A stretch of 64,000 nt of DNA from Eledone cirrhosa (Eukaryota). Each line of letters begins with the position of its first letter. Position 1 is the stretch's first letter. A program made the translations under genes and the position numbers. The stretch covers positions 162,254,001 to 162,318,000 of the forward strand of contig OZ024742.1 of assembly GCA_964016885.1 (NCBI GenBank). The letters are read 5' to 3'. The notes below the pieces were generated by a model. It was not told the origin of the DNA. It saw only the letters and a list, made by a program, of their open reading frames with translations, and made no database searches. Below, one piece after another: positions 1-11,080 of this stretch.

Positions 1-66
1 ATGAGTTCCAAGTGAGGAATCTATAACCAGAGGGTGGAACCCACATTAATGTTACACTGTGATATG

Positions 67-258
67 ACAGAATCGATAGAGCGTCGGACATAGAGTTTAC
101 GGCTCTTTACATTCTAAGTTCAAATCCCGTTGAAGTTAGTTTTGCCTTTCATCCTTACGGGGTCGATAAAATAATGTACTAGGCACACGTTGGGGTTGAT
201 TTAATTGACTTTACCCTTCCCCAAAATTGCTGGGCTTGTGCCTATATCAGAAACCATT
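67..258 (+). mobile_element. tRNA-headed SINE, family A (degenerate copy)
   Basis: B-box-like aagttcaaatccc followed by the central block gcctttcatccttacggggtcgataaaata and the 3' gcttgtgcc...agaaac end. The same blocks recur at least 12 times in the window. Confidence 0.75.
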
Positions 259-442
259 AATGTTCCACTGTGATTGCTTTCACTTCACTAGTCATCATCA
301 TCATCGTTTAAAGTCAATTTTTCATACTAGCATGGGTAGGACGGGCTCTCCCATCATGAGAGATTCAGGTTGGAGGACCATGTTTTGCTCACATAGAACT
401 GATTTTGGCTTGGTTTGCCTTTCTAATGCCAACAACATTTAC

Positions 443-710
443 AGTTCTAATATTATTTGGAAAGGCATGAATGCCCCAAAATCATTACTTTCACTTTACT
501 AATAGTTCTAATATTACTTGGAAAGGCATGAATGCCATAAAATCATTACTTTCACTCCACTGATAGTTCTAATACTACTTGGAAAGACGTGAATATTTCA
601 AAATCATTGCTTTCGCTTCAGTAATAGTTCTAACACTACTTGGAAAGGCATGAATGTTATAAAATCATTATTTTCACTTCACAAATAGTTCTAATACTAC
701 TTGGAAAGGC
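443..710. repeat. ~59-62 bp minisatellite, ~4.5 copies
   Basis: Recurring agttctaata(t/c)tacttggaaaggcatgaatg...aaatcattactttcact. Confidence 0.9.
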
Positions 711-1106
711 AATGGCTGTCACAAATTGATATTCTCTCACTGTTGGATAAATCTGAGGCATTGTCAATTATTAGCTGAAATCAATATATAAGAATTATTG
801 GCTGAAATCAATACATGGAAATTATTATCAAATGGACCACAAGTTTGGTGGACAGTGTTAAATCAATCACAATATTTGACTAATATATATTCTATCAACA
901 GAAGGAGGAAATATAAAATTGACCTCAGCACATTTTGAACTCTTAATGTAAAGAGACATAACTAGGAGCTACGTTTAGGGTAGGTGTGGATATGTGTGTG
1001 TGAGTGTATACAACGGTGCCATGCTGATTCTTTATATACCAGAGATGACAAAATGCTTGTCATTTCCTATATCCCTCTCTCACTCCCCCCTCTCTCTCTC
1101 TCTTAT

Positions 1107-1213
<107 letters not shown>

Positions 1214-1565
1214 CATGTCCATCTCAAAGACTGAAGACCATGGAGTTCTGTGTATTTCGTTTGTAAATTTATTTTCCAAAAATATTTTTAAAAAAATGTA
1301 AACTGAGTTTTTCGAATAGTAATAATAATATTTGATTCGTTTGCAATTATGCAAACAACCGCTAAGCTATGTCAGTAGAATGACTCTGTCATTCTTGCTC
1401 TTGTGTTGGCATATAAACAGAACTCCGATTTACATTTCTTGTATTCAGCCATTAGAGCGATAAAACTATTAGTTAGTTAATTTTTTAAAGCTTTCCCCTT
1501 TGTTTTGCTTTGTTTTCATTCATTGTCTTGTCTTCTCTTTGTTAATTTTCTTAAGTTTATATATA

Positions 1566-1716
1566 TAGATAATCTTCTATGTTTTATTGTATCAGTTATA
1601 TTCTAGGATGAGTGACAGGCTATAATCACGATGTCTTTGCTACCTGTGATGTTGGGTGTGTGCACATATATATATATGTGTGTGTATATATATATATACA
1701 GACACACAGACACACA

Positions 1717-1769
<53 letters not shown>

Positions 1770-1929
1770 GCAAAAGTTCTATTTAAATTGTTGGGATACA
1801 ACAAGCAAATATTTTTATAACTGATATATGTACACACACCCAACATCACAGGTAGCAAAGACATCGGGATTATAGCCTGTCACTCATCCCAGAATATAAC
1901 TGATACAATAAAACATAGAAGATTATCTA
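1566..1929. repeat. ~105-bp inverted repeat pair (1566-1670 / 1825-1929) around a CA/TA spacer
   Basis: tagataatcttctatg...gggtgtgtgcacatata is the reverse complement of tatatgtacacacaccc...catagaagattatcta, with about 3 mismatches. Confidence 0.92.
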
Positions 1930-2235
1930 ATAATGCATCAAAGTATTGCATAGTTGCACTGTGCAACTTGCACTCACTAATTATCTTAAAGTATAATTAT
2001 TGTGCAAATAATAATGAAAATTATTGCGTATTGTGCTCAGGTGAACTACGAGACAGTAATTATGTATTTTACCAATTTAAATATAATTACCTACTTATAT
2101 ACCTTGAAAGATAAGTATCACAATAATGTCCATGATGGGTCAGGTGTAATTTATGTTTGGTCAAGTGTGAAACAATTCATATCCTATTGTCATCTACTGA
2201 GCTGTGGAATCATAACCATAATATCATGTGAAAGT

Positions 2236-3565
2236 ACATGGCTCAGTAGTTAGGGTGTTAGACTCACAATATAAGGCCATAGGTTCGATTCCAAGACATG
2301 GCTCAGTAGTTAGGGTGTTAGACTCACAATATAAGGCCATAGGTTCGATTCCAAGACATGGCTCAGTAGTTAGGGTGTTAGACTCACAATATAAGGCCAT
2401 AGGTTCGATTCCAAGACATGGCTCAGTAGTTAGGGTGTTAGACTCACAATATAAGGCCATAGGTTCGATTCCAAGACATGGCTCAGTAGTTAGGGTGTTA
2501 GACTCACAATATAAGGCCATATGTTCGATTCCAAGACATGGCTCAGTGGTTAGGGTGTTAGACTCACAATATAAGGCCATAGGTTCGATTCCAAGACATG
2601 GCTCAGTAGTTAGGGTGTTAAATTCACAATATAAGGCCATAGGTTCGATTCCAAGACATGGCTCAGTGGTTAGGGTGTTAGACTCACAATATAATGTCAT
2701 AGGTTCGATTCCAAGACATGGCCCAGTAGTTAGGGTGTTAGATTCACAATATAAGGCCATAGGTTCGATTCCAAGACATGGCTCAGTGGTTAGGGTGTTA
2801 GACTCACAATATAAGGCCATAGGTTCGATTCCAAGACATGGCCCAGTAGTTAGGGTGTTAGACTCACAATATAAGGTCATGGGTTCCATTCCAAGACATG
2901 GCCCAGTAGTTAGGGTGTTAGACTCACAATATAAGGCCATAGGTTCGATTCCAAGACATGGCTCAGTAGTTAGGGTGTTAGACTCACAATATAAGGCCAT
3001 AGGTTCGATTCCAAGACATGGCTCAGTAGTTAGGGTGTTACACTCACAATATAAGGCCATATGTTCCATTCCAAGACATGACCCAGTGGTTAGGGTGTTA
3101 GACTCACAATATAAGGTCATGGGTTCCATTCCAAGACATGGCCCAGTAGTTAGGGTGTTAGACTCACAATATAAGGCCATAGGTTCGATTCCAAGACATG
3201 GCTCAGTAGTTAGGGTGTTAGACTCACAATATAAGGCCATAGGTTCGATTCCAAGACATGGCTCAGTAGTTAGGGTGTTACACTCACAATATAAGGCCAT
3301 ATGTTCCATTCCAAGACATGACCCAGTGGTTAGGGTGTTAGGCTCACAATATAAGGCCATAGGTTCGATTCCAAGACATGGCCCAGTGGTTAGGGTATTA
3401 GGCTCACAATATAAGGTCATAGGTTTGATTCCAAGACATGGCCCAGTGGTTAGGGTATTAGACTCACAATATAAGGTCATATGTTCGATTCCAAGACATG
3501 GCCCAGTGGTTAGGGTGTTAGGCTCATAATATAAGGTCATAGGTTCTATTCCAAGACATGGCCCA
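2236..3565 (+). repeat. 60-bp tandem array (22 units plus a partial) of a tRNA-like SINE head
   Basis: Unit acatggctcagtagttagggtgttagactcacaatataaggccataggttcgattccaag carries A-box-like tggctcagtagttag and B-box ggttcgattcc. It aligns with the SINE-B heads at 28116 and 35026, and the array runs into a SINE-B body (tcttgagtaagtcgcttcatttcaca, ~3604-3628). Confidence 0.93.
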
Positions 3566-3809
3566 ATATAAGGGCCCTGGATTTGATTCCAAAACTTCCA
3601 AGTCTTGAGTAAGTCGCTTCATTTCACATAGCTTTTCATGACAGGAAAGGGGTCCCTATTATTAAAACTTCCAAAAAGCCTCCTATAAGATACAACCTTG
3701 TAAGAGATCAGTTAAAACTACACTGAAGCCCCTATCATTAAAACATACATATCTCCACTCCTGCTTGTGCAGTCTTTTCTGGTGCCACACCTGAATAGTG
3801 GAGTTTCTA

Positions 3810-3960
3810 TCTTCCATTCAAATCTACAGAACCAGAGCGACGGAATTTTATTGAGGATACCCTGACTATATCTAGCTGATAGTATCTGGTCTCCTCCACT
3901 AGTCCATGTTCTTTGCCTGTAATGGTTGTAACATTCCAGTTACAAATTGTCAAGGTTTGC
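3810..3960 (-). pseudogene. LINE (probably RTE) apurinic-endonuclease N-terminal fragment
   Basis: LTICNWNVTTI...ETRYYQLDIVRVS matches the APE motif I/II pattern (WNV...DIV.xSE). Confidence 0.65.
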
Positions 3961-4025
3961 TCCCTTCTAGACCCTTTATGGGGTCTTGGGATATGTAACT
4001 TTTGTGCTTCCATCCCACACCTCCC

Positions 4026-4165
4026 AGGAGGAGGAGGAGGAGAAGAAGAAGAAGAAGAAGAAGAAGAAGAAGAAGAAGAAGAAGAAGAAGAAGAAGAAGA
4101 AGAAGAAGAAGAAGAAGAAGAAGAAGAAGAAGAAGAAGAAGAAGAAGAAGAAGAAGAAGAAGAAG

Positions 4166-4197
<32 letters not shown>

Positions 4198-4211
4198 GGC
4201 GGAGGAGGAGG
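4026..4211. repeat. (GGA)n/(GAA)n microsatellite
   Basis: Direct reading. It explains the poly-E/K/R/S/L ORFs. Confidence 0.98.
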
Positions 4212-4732
4212 ACTAGGATCCCTATCATTACAACAGCTAAGAAACCTTGTTGTAGAACAACTAAACCTACATAGGTTAAAGTTCATTTTTCATATTTCTT
4301 CTATGACATCTCCCTTATCTTCCATCACTGTAATCACAGATTATATAAGAACTGGAAAATGGCAGACCACAATGTCTCTGCATTCCAAAAATCTTAAGGG
4401 AAATGGAATATCTTTAACAAGAAATAAAAACTTAATTGTTTTCATATTATTCCACATTATTGCCTCTCTTTACAGTAATGAAGAACTCAGAATTAATTAC
4501 TTTCAACTAATTAAAATCATGCCTGAATTGTCTTGGAAATACTAAATAGTGTTGATAAGTCTGCCCAATGTTGATAAGACTTCAGTGAGCAAATATCTTC
4601 TATTTTCTTTACATTTTCATTTTCTGTTTTCAGTGGAGTACAATAATGTTTTTGTTAATTTTATTTAATTACATTGTCTATTTATTTATTTTAAAAAGTG
4701 AGGATTCCCTGCTGTTATTTAGGAACCGTCCA

Positions 4733-4765
<33 letters not shown>

Positions 4766-5099
4766 TAGATATTTCTTGTGCTGAGTTTGACAATAAATAG
4801 ACTGTTCAGAGGTGGAGTAAACCTGCATGGTGCTTAAATTAATCTGGGCTGAAAATTTAACCAAGACTCTTGTGTATTATTTATGGTATCAAAATTATAA
4901 ATTTGGGACCATTTAAATATTGTGGGAACTCCTGTCTACTGTCCAGTCCAGTTCTCCCCTCCCAGTCAACCACTGAGACTGTTATATATGACTGATACAC
5001 AAAACCAGAGATCAAATACCATGACATAACAAATGATGAGGCTGGTCTAGGTTTCAATACTGCAAGAGTCTGACTTTATGAAACTTTCAGTCACTACAG

Positions 5100-5198
5100 T
5101 TATCATCATCATTATCATCATTGCCACCACCACCACCACCATCATCATCATGATCATCACCACCATTGTCATCGTCGTCGTCGTCGTCGTCGTCATCG

Positions 5199-5268
<70 letters not shown>
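5100..5268. repeat. (CAT)n/(CAC)n/(CGT)n compound microsatellite
   Basis: Direct reading. Confidence 0.97.
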
Positions 5269-5553
5269 TTAATGTCTGTCCTTCCATACTGGCAAGTTAG
5301 TTCCTAATTAGAGCCACTGATCTCTGAGATGAGCCAGAGGGCTAACATCTCACATACATTCCAACACTATATAGAGTGTACTGGTTGCCTTTTATCATGG
5401 TATCATCACTAGAGAAGTTGTCATGTAGTAGTCCAGTGGTGGTGGTGGTTGTGATTGTGTTGGTGGTCAGGTGGTGGTGGTTGTGGTGATAGTGTTGTTG
5501 GAACCAAATCAGATATCATAAACGATCTAAGATCAAAGGATCAATACATATCC

Positions 5554-5587
<34 letters not shown>

Positions 5588-5869
5588 TATCATCATCATT
5601 GTCTAATGTCTATTTTCCATGGTAGCATGGGTTAGATGGTATTCCTTAGATATTATGATGTGTTCAACTTACATAGTTTTTGACACTAAGTATTCCAGTT
5701 GTTTGATCATTGAAACAGCCTGCTAGTGAAATTAATGTGTAAGTGGCATTCCACATACAGTTTACCCTTAACATAATTCTCAGGGAATAATCACGCAGTA
5801 ATACAGAAGACCCGATTTCCCACAGGTACAAGCCGAAGCTGAAGCATATAGACAATATGCCCCCACCCC

Positions 5870-6155
5870 CTCCCACTGCAAAGTGGTCGTGGAGGTGCCA
5901 GGGCAAAAAAAGCACCCAGCCCACCTGTAAAGTGGTCATGTAGGCGCCACAGAAAAAAAAGCACCCAGCACTCACAGTAAATGAGGTTGGTGTTAGGAAG
6001 GGCATCTAGCTGTAGAAATGAAGCCAGAATCAGTTCCCGTATGAGCAAGACAAGGTCAGCCAACTGGACACTGCCCACAACAGGACAACCCGTCTAACCC
6101 ATGCTAGCGTGGAAGAATTGACGTGGAAGAATTGACGTAAACGGTGATGATGATG
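5870..6155 (+). mobile_element. RTE 3'-UTR-derived repeat with (GAT)n tail
   Basis: gttggtgttaggaagggcatc...cccatgctagcgtgga...gatgatgatg matches the RTE 3' UTR at 24960-25112. Confidence 0.75.
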
Positions 6156-6351
6156 AGGATTGAAGTGACAAAGCTTGACTATCATAGTTACAACTCATCT
6201 CATCTTTTTCAACTGAGTGGACTGGAGTAACGTGAAATAAAGTGTCTTGCTCAAGGATACTATGTATGTATGTGCATATGTCTGTGTATGTATGTATATG
6301 TGTGTGTGTGTGTGTGCATGTATGCATGTATGTATGTACGTATGTATGTAT

Positions 6352-6760
6352 GAGATGACCCCTTAGCCTTTGTCAAGGCAGAATTCTAGGAGAAGGAAAA
6401 CTTTGATATAACACCTGCAACCCTGATGGTATCCAATGATGTTGACTTGTTCTTCTTTTTGGTAAATATCATCTTGGTTAAGAGAGTGGGACTGGCTTTG
6501 TGCAGTGCCTTTGCTCACTATAAAAGCTTCACGGCACAGGCATTGCTTTATATCTGGAGATCTCTCTGCACTTGTCGTCACATGGTACCATGGGCCCAGC
6601 ACTATGTGTCAATAATTGTCACAAGTGTAGTGTTTGTACCAGAGTTTTCATGTCGCAGGCTGGACTAAAAAGTCACACTTGTTCAGCGCATCGGTAGGGG
6701 TTCTCCTACATGGATATAAAGTAGTGGCTGTACTCGAAAACGAGTTGGCAGCCACCATAT
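6352..6760 (+). mobile_element. Non-autonomous RTE-like derivative, 5'-truncated copy
   Basis: Near-identical to 8439-8840, with a remnant C2H2 zinc-finger coding block and an ATGT-rich tail. Confidence 0.75.
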
Positions 6761-7094
6761 GTCTATGTATGTGTGTAGAAAGGCATCTATTTGTCTGTGT
6801 ATATGTATGTGTATGGATATGTGTGTGTGTGTATATTCTTAGGTATATACTAAGGTACTTATGTATACAGACATATACACCTGTATGTATATACTTCAGT
6901 ACATATATATATGCAGATCTATATAATGTATGTATGCAGACATGTGTGCTCATGTATATGTATATGATGTATATACTTATGTACGTATGTGTGCAGGCAT
7001 GTATGCCTCTATGTATATATAATGTATGAATGCGTGTATAACTGAGTGAATGAGTGTATATACATATATATATATATCAGTTCTGTATCAGCGA

Positions 7095-7190
7095 GACATG
7101 GTCACCTGACCTGGCATTGCTCACAATGGGATAACCTGTCTAGCCTGTGCCGGTGTGGAGGAGTGGACGTTGGGCAGAAGTGATGATGTA
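7095..7190 (+). mobile_element. RTE-tail repeat copy with clustered A-to-G changes
   Basis: Homologous to 26921-27018 and to other RTE tails, but reads gaggagt for gaaaaat and ttgggc for ttaaac. Confidence 0.7.
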
Positions 7191-7229
7191 TATGTATATA
7201 TGTATGTGTGTATATGTATATATATATAT

Positions 7230-7356
7230 AGTTTTGGTATAGATGAGATTCTGCAGGACTGGGGCTGTTTCATTCTTGGGGGGTCGTCAGGAATCCTGAT
7301 GATTTCTCGGGAGTGAAGCAGTTCTGGTCCTGTGGGGTCTCGTCTATGTTGGAACT
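7230..7356 (+). other. 62-bp hairpin, fully paired when G-U is allowed (23 wobbles, no mismatches, 3-nt loop)
   Basis: Position i pairs with 14586-i for i=7230..7291; checked base by base. Confidence 0.9.
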
Positions 7357-7971
7357 TTTATACTCTGTTATGTATTGAGTACCTTACATACTGTGCTTAC
7401 CTCCGATTCAACCTGGAATAACTTACCTATATATATATAGGAGGTGAGTTTTATTGTAGCACAATAAAGCAATGCAAATATTGTAAAAGTAGCACTCAAC
7501 AGTTTATAGGACTGGAGTATAAATACTATAAGATCGGGGGATGGTTGGAGGAGTTCCATGTGTTTTGTTGTGTGCATTTCGGGAACAAATGTCATCTCAG
7601 TATTAAAGGCTCTCTCTCTCTCACTCATTTCTCCTCCTACCTTCTTATACTTCTCCTTTATTTCATCCTTTATTTTCTTTCTTCCTCTTCCTTACCTCTC
7701 CTTCCCCCTACCTTCTTTTTTTCCCAATCTCATATATCCATCTTATTTTATTTTTTCATATGTTGATTTAACACTTCACTGCTCGCAAGTGTTTTTTAAA
7801 CTTCATATCATGTCTCCCTATTTTATCTGATGAGAACGCAAGTATCGTCCCATGATGATATTTGTTTTTGGAATGCACATAGTGGGGTGCATGGAGCTCT
7901 TTTGGCCATCTTTTGATCTTGTATTATATGTATGTATGTAAGTATGTATGTATATGTGTGTGTATGTATCT

Positions 7972-8158
7972 TCATCATCATCGCTTGGTGTCTATCTTCG
8001 ACGCTGGCATGGGTTTGGACGGGAATTGTCCAACTTGAGGCAAGATTGGTTGTCTTGCTCGTATAGGACTGTCTGGCGGGTTTTCTATGGCGGGATGCTC
8101 TTCCTAACACCAATCACGTTCACAGTGTGGACTGGGAGGTTTTTACCGTGTTACCTAC
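7972..8158 (-). mobile_element. RTE 3'-end fragment
   Basis: Reverse complement of 24912-25095 and 60755-60940. Confidence 0.85.
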
Positions 8159-8217
8159 ATATATATATATGTATGTGCGTGTGTGTGTGTGTGTATATAT
8201 ATATGTATATATATATG

Positions 8218-8845
8218 TCAGGTCACCAGTTGGTGCTACTGGTAACATGTATCCCAGTACAACCCGTCTCATGGTCGGGTCGTTGGCGACTAAACTGGCA
8301 ACCCCACCAAAGTCACCCTCCTCACCAAGAAACCTTGGTGAGGAGGGTGACTTTGGACATCCTGCAGGACTAAAAACAAAACCTGTCAAAGGGCAAAGGA
8401 GCTCTTAAGAGTCAATGGCCATCCAAAATCACCAGGAGAGATGACCCCTTAGCCTTTGTCAAGGCAGAATTCTAGGAGAAGGAAAACTCTGATATAACAC
8501 CTGCAACTCTGATGGTATCCAATGATGTTGACTTGTTCTTCTTTTTGGTAAATATCATCTTGGTTAAGAGAGTGGGACTGGCTTTGTGCAGTGCCTTTGC
8601 TCACTATAAAAGCTTCACGGCACAGGCATTGCTTTGTATCTGGAGATCTCTCTGCACTTGTCATCACATGGTACAATGAGCCCAGCACTATGTGTCAATA
8701 ATTGTCACAAGTGTAGTGTTTGTACCAGAGTTTTCAAGTTGCTGGCTGGACTAAAAAGTCACACTTGTTCAGCGCATCGGTAGGGGTTCTACATGGATAT
8801 AAAGTAGTGGCCGTACTCGAAAACGAGTTGGCAGCCACCATGTGT
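8218..8845 (+). mobile_element. ~620-bp non-autonomous RTE-like element (5'-UTR-like part fused to ORF C-terminus and ATGT tail)
   Basis: Contains a 23-bp perfect hairpin (8307-8356), the UTR-like motif ctaggagaaggaaaactctga and the C-terminal CxxC..F...GL.SH zinc finger. Three copies occur in the window. Confidence 0.65.
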
Positions 8846-9499
8846 GAATGTATGTAAATATATATGTATGTATGTAAATATGTATGTATGTATGTATGTA
8901 TGTAAATATATATGTGAGCATGTATGTATGTAAATATGTATGTATGTGAGCATGTATGTATGCATGCATACATGCTTGTATGTATGTATGTGAGCATGTA
9001 TGTAAGTATGCATGTGTTTCATATATATATAATTTAGTTTAAAAAATAAACATTGGACATGTGTATATAGAAACTGCCTCCTCCTATACAATAGGAAAGT
9101 GTTTAAGCTGCCTGAAAGGCAAATATTTTAGTAAAATTGTGAAAATATTTGTAGTGAAAGATACGATTGCACACTGAGTGCAGTTATTCTGTTGTGATTT
9201 ATGGGTGGAGGTTGTGTAACAGTAGTTCGAGACATTCTTTAGAAGCTTTGTCTAAGTCAATCACATCTTCAGGGCATTTAAAAAATATAACCAGCTTGCA
9301 GTAAATTATATAGCATTTCAAATGTTTTTTCTATGTCAGTTGTTAGGAAAAACTGTTCTATAGTTATTTCCAGGCAGACATCTCTGTACTAAACAATGGA
9401 TTTCATTGTTCTGGTTTCTAGTCCTGTCAAAGCCGATTAAATAATTCAGCACTAAAAAGATGATGAAATTAAAATCCAAGAAAGAATGAGATACAAATG

Positions 9500-10288
9500 G
9501 CTGATGTCTACCTGTTGATAGTTGAAGTTGACACAGATGTCTAACTGTCAGTAGCTGGGGTAGACACACATGTCAACCAGTCAATAGCTGAGGTAGACAC
9601 AGATGTCAACCTATTGATAGCTGAGGTAGACACAAATATTAACCAGTCAATAACTGGGGTAGACACAGATGTTAACCTATCAATAGCTGAGGTAGACACA
9701 GATGTCAACCTATCAATAGCTGAGGTAGACACAGATGTCAATATGTCAATACCTGAAGTAGACACAGATGTCAACCAGTCAATAGCTGAGGTAGACACAG
9801 ATGCCAACCAGTTGATAGCTGAGGCAGATCCAGATGTGAACCTATCAATAACTGGGGGTAGACACAGATGTCAATATGTCACTGGCTGGGGTAGACACAG
9901 ATATCAACCTATCAATAGCTGAGGTAGACACAGATGTCAACCTATCAATAGCTGAGGTTGACACAGATGTCAATATGTCAACACCCGAAGTAGACACAGA
10001 TGTCAACCTGTTGATAATGAGGTAGACAGAGATGTCAACCAGTTGATAGCTGAGGCAGATCCAAATGTGAACCTATCAATAGCAGGGGTAGACACAGATG
10101 TCAATATGTCACTGGCTGGGGTAGACACAGGTGTCAACCTATCAATAGCTGAGGTGGACACAGATGTCAATATGTCACTAGCTGAGGTAGACACAGAGGT
10201 CAATATGTCAATACCTGAAATAGACACAGATGTCAACCTGTTGATAGCTGAGGTAGACACAGATGTCAACCAGTCAATAGCTGAGGTA
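9500..10288. repeat. 33-bp minisatellite, ~24 copies
   Basis: Unit gctgaggtagacacagatgtcaacctatcaata. Confidence 0.95.
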
Positions 10289-10492
10289 CTTAATTCCTTT
10301 ACAAATCACAAACATCACTCCATAGAGCCTCTACTTCACTCCAGTTTTGAAAGTGCTGACCAGATGACAGAAATCTCTCATTCTCTCTCCCACCCGCTCT
10401 CTCTCACACAATTTCTTTCTCTCTCTCCCCTCTCTCCTCTTATCTCCTCCTCTTTTCTTCACCCTCTCTCCCCTCCTCTCTCTATTTCCCAA

Positions 10493-10773
10493 GAATCTTA
10501 GACCAGTTCCCTAGAATTGTGGTCCAGCTCCCCAGAATTTTTTTACTGTCTCCCTAGAATCCTGGACAAGTTCCTTAGAATCTTGGACAGATTCCCTATA
10601 ATCTTGGATCAGTTATCTAGAGTTCAGGATCAGCTCCCTAGATCTTGGACAAAATCCCTATAATTGTCGACCAGCTCCTTAGAATCTTTGACTGGCTCCC
10701 TAGAATCCTGGACAAATTCTCTTGATCTTGGACCAGATTCCTAGAATCCTGGACTAGCTCCCGAGAATCTTGG
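10493..10773. repeat. ~22-bp degenerate minisatellite
   Basis: Recurring cctagaatc(t/c)tggaccagctc. Confidence 0.85.
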
Positions 10774-10896
10774 TAGGTCCAGCTACAAAATATGATAAAA
10801 TCTCAATAAAAAGGTTCTCAGAATAGGCAAAAAAAGCAACAAAGTTAAGGGGATTGATGTGAAGCATGTCTTATTCAAACCAAACAAATAATAATA

Positions 10897-11080
10897 ATTG
10901 TTTCTACTTTTGGCACAAGGCCAGCAATTACCCAGTACATTACTGGTACTTTATTTTATCGACCCCGTAAGGATGAAAGGCAAAGTTAACCTCGGCGGGA
11001 TTTGAACACAGTCCATAAAGAGATGTAACTATGCTGGAAAGTGTAGCGTCCGACCCTCTACTGATACTACCAATCCACCG
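10897..11080 (-). mobile_element. SINE family A
   Basis: Reverse-complement central block ttttatcgaccccgtaaggatgaaaggc, B box gggatttgaac and A-box end ccaatccaccgc. Confidence 0.85.

Noticed and set aside
1604-1640. Hammerhead-like motif (ggatga-gtga...tcac-gatg) in the small inverted repeat
   Set aside because: Neither CUGANGA nor GAAA is intact in either arm.
2236-2300. Genuine tRNA gene cluster
   Set aside because: The unit is only 60 nt, lacks a complete acceptor stem, and matches SINE heads better.
2224-3540. Long ORFs on both strands (438 aa Cys-rich and 433 aa)
   Set aside because: By-product of a stop-free 60-bp unit derived from a SINE head; no unique N- or C-terminal domain.
2236-3565. 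CRISPR-like array or telomeric array (TTAGGG in each unit)
   Set aside because: Units are contiguous with no unique spacers, no cas genes are present, and the context is eukaryotic. The single TTAGGG is part of the A-box/D-arm region.
4733-4763. 31-nt poly-G run as a functional G-quadruplex
   Set aside because: An isolated homopolymer of unreliable length with no supporting context.
3913-5287. Poly-E/K/R/S/D/M ORFs as low-complexity proteins
   Set aside because: Translations of (GAA)n and (CAT)n microsatellites.
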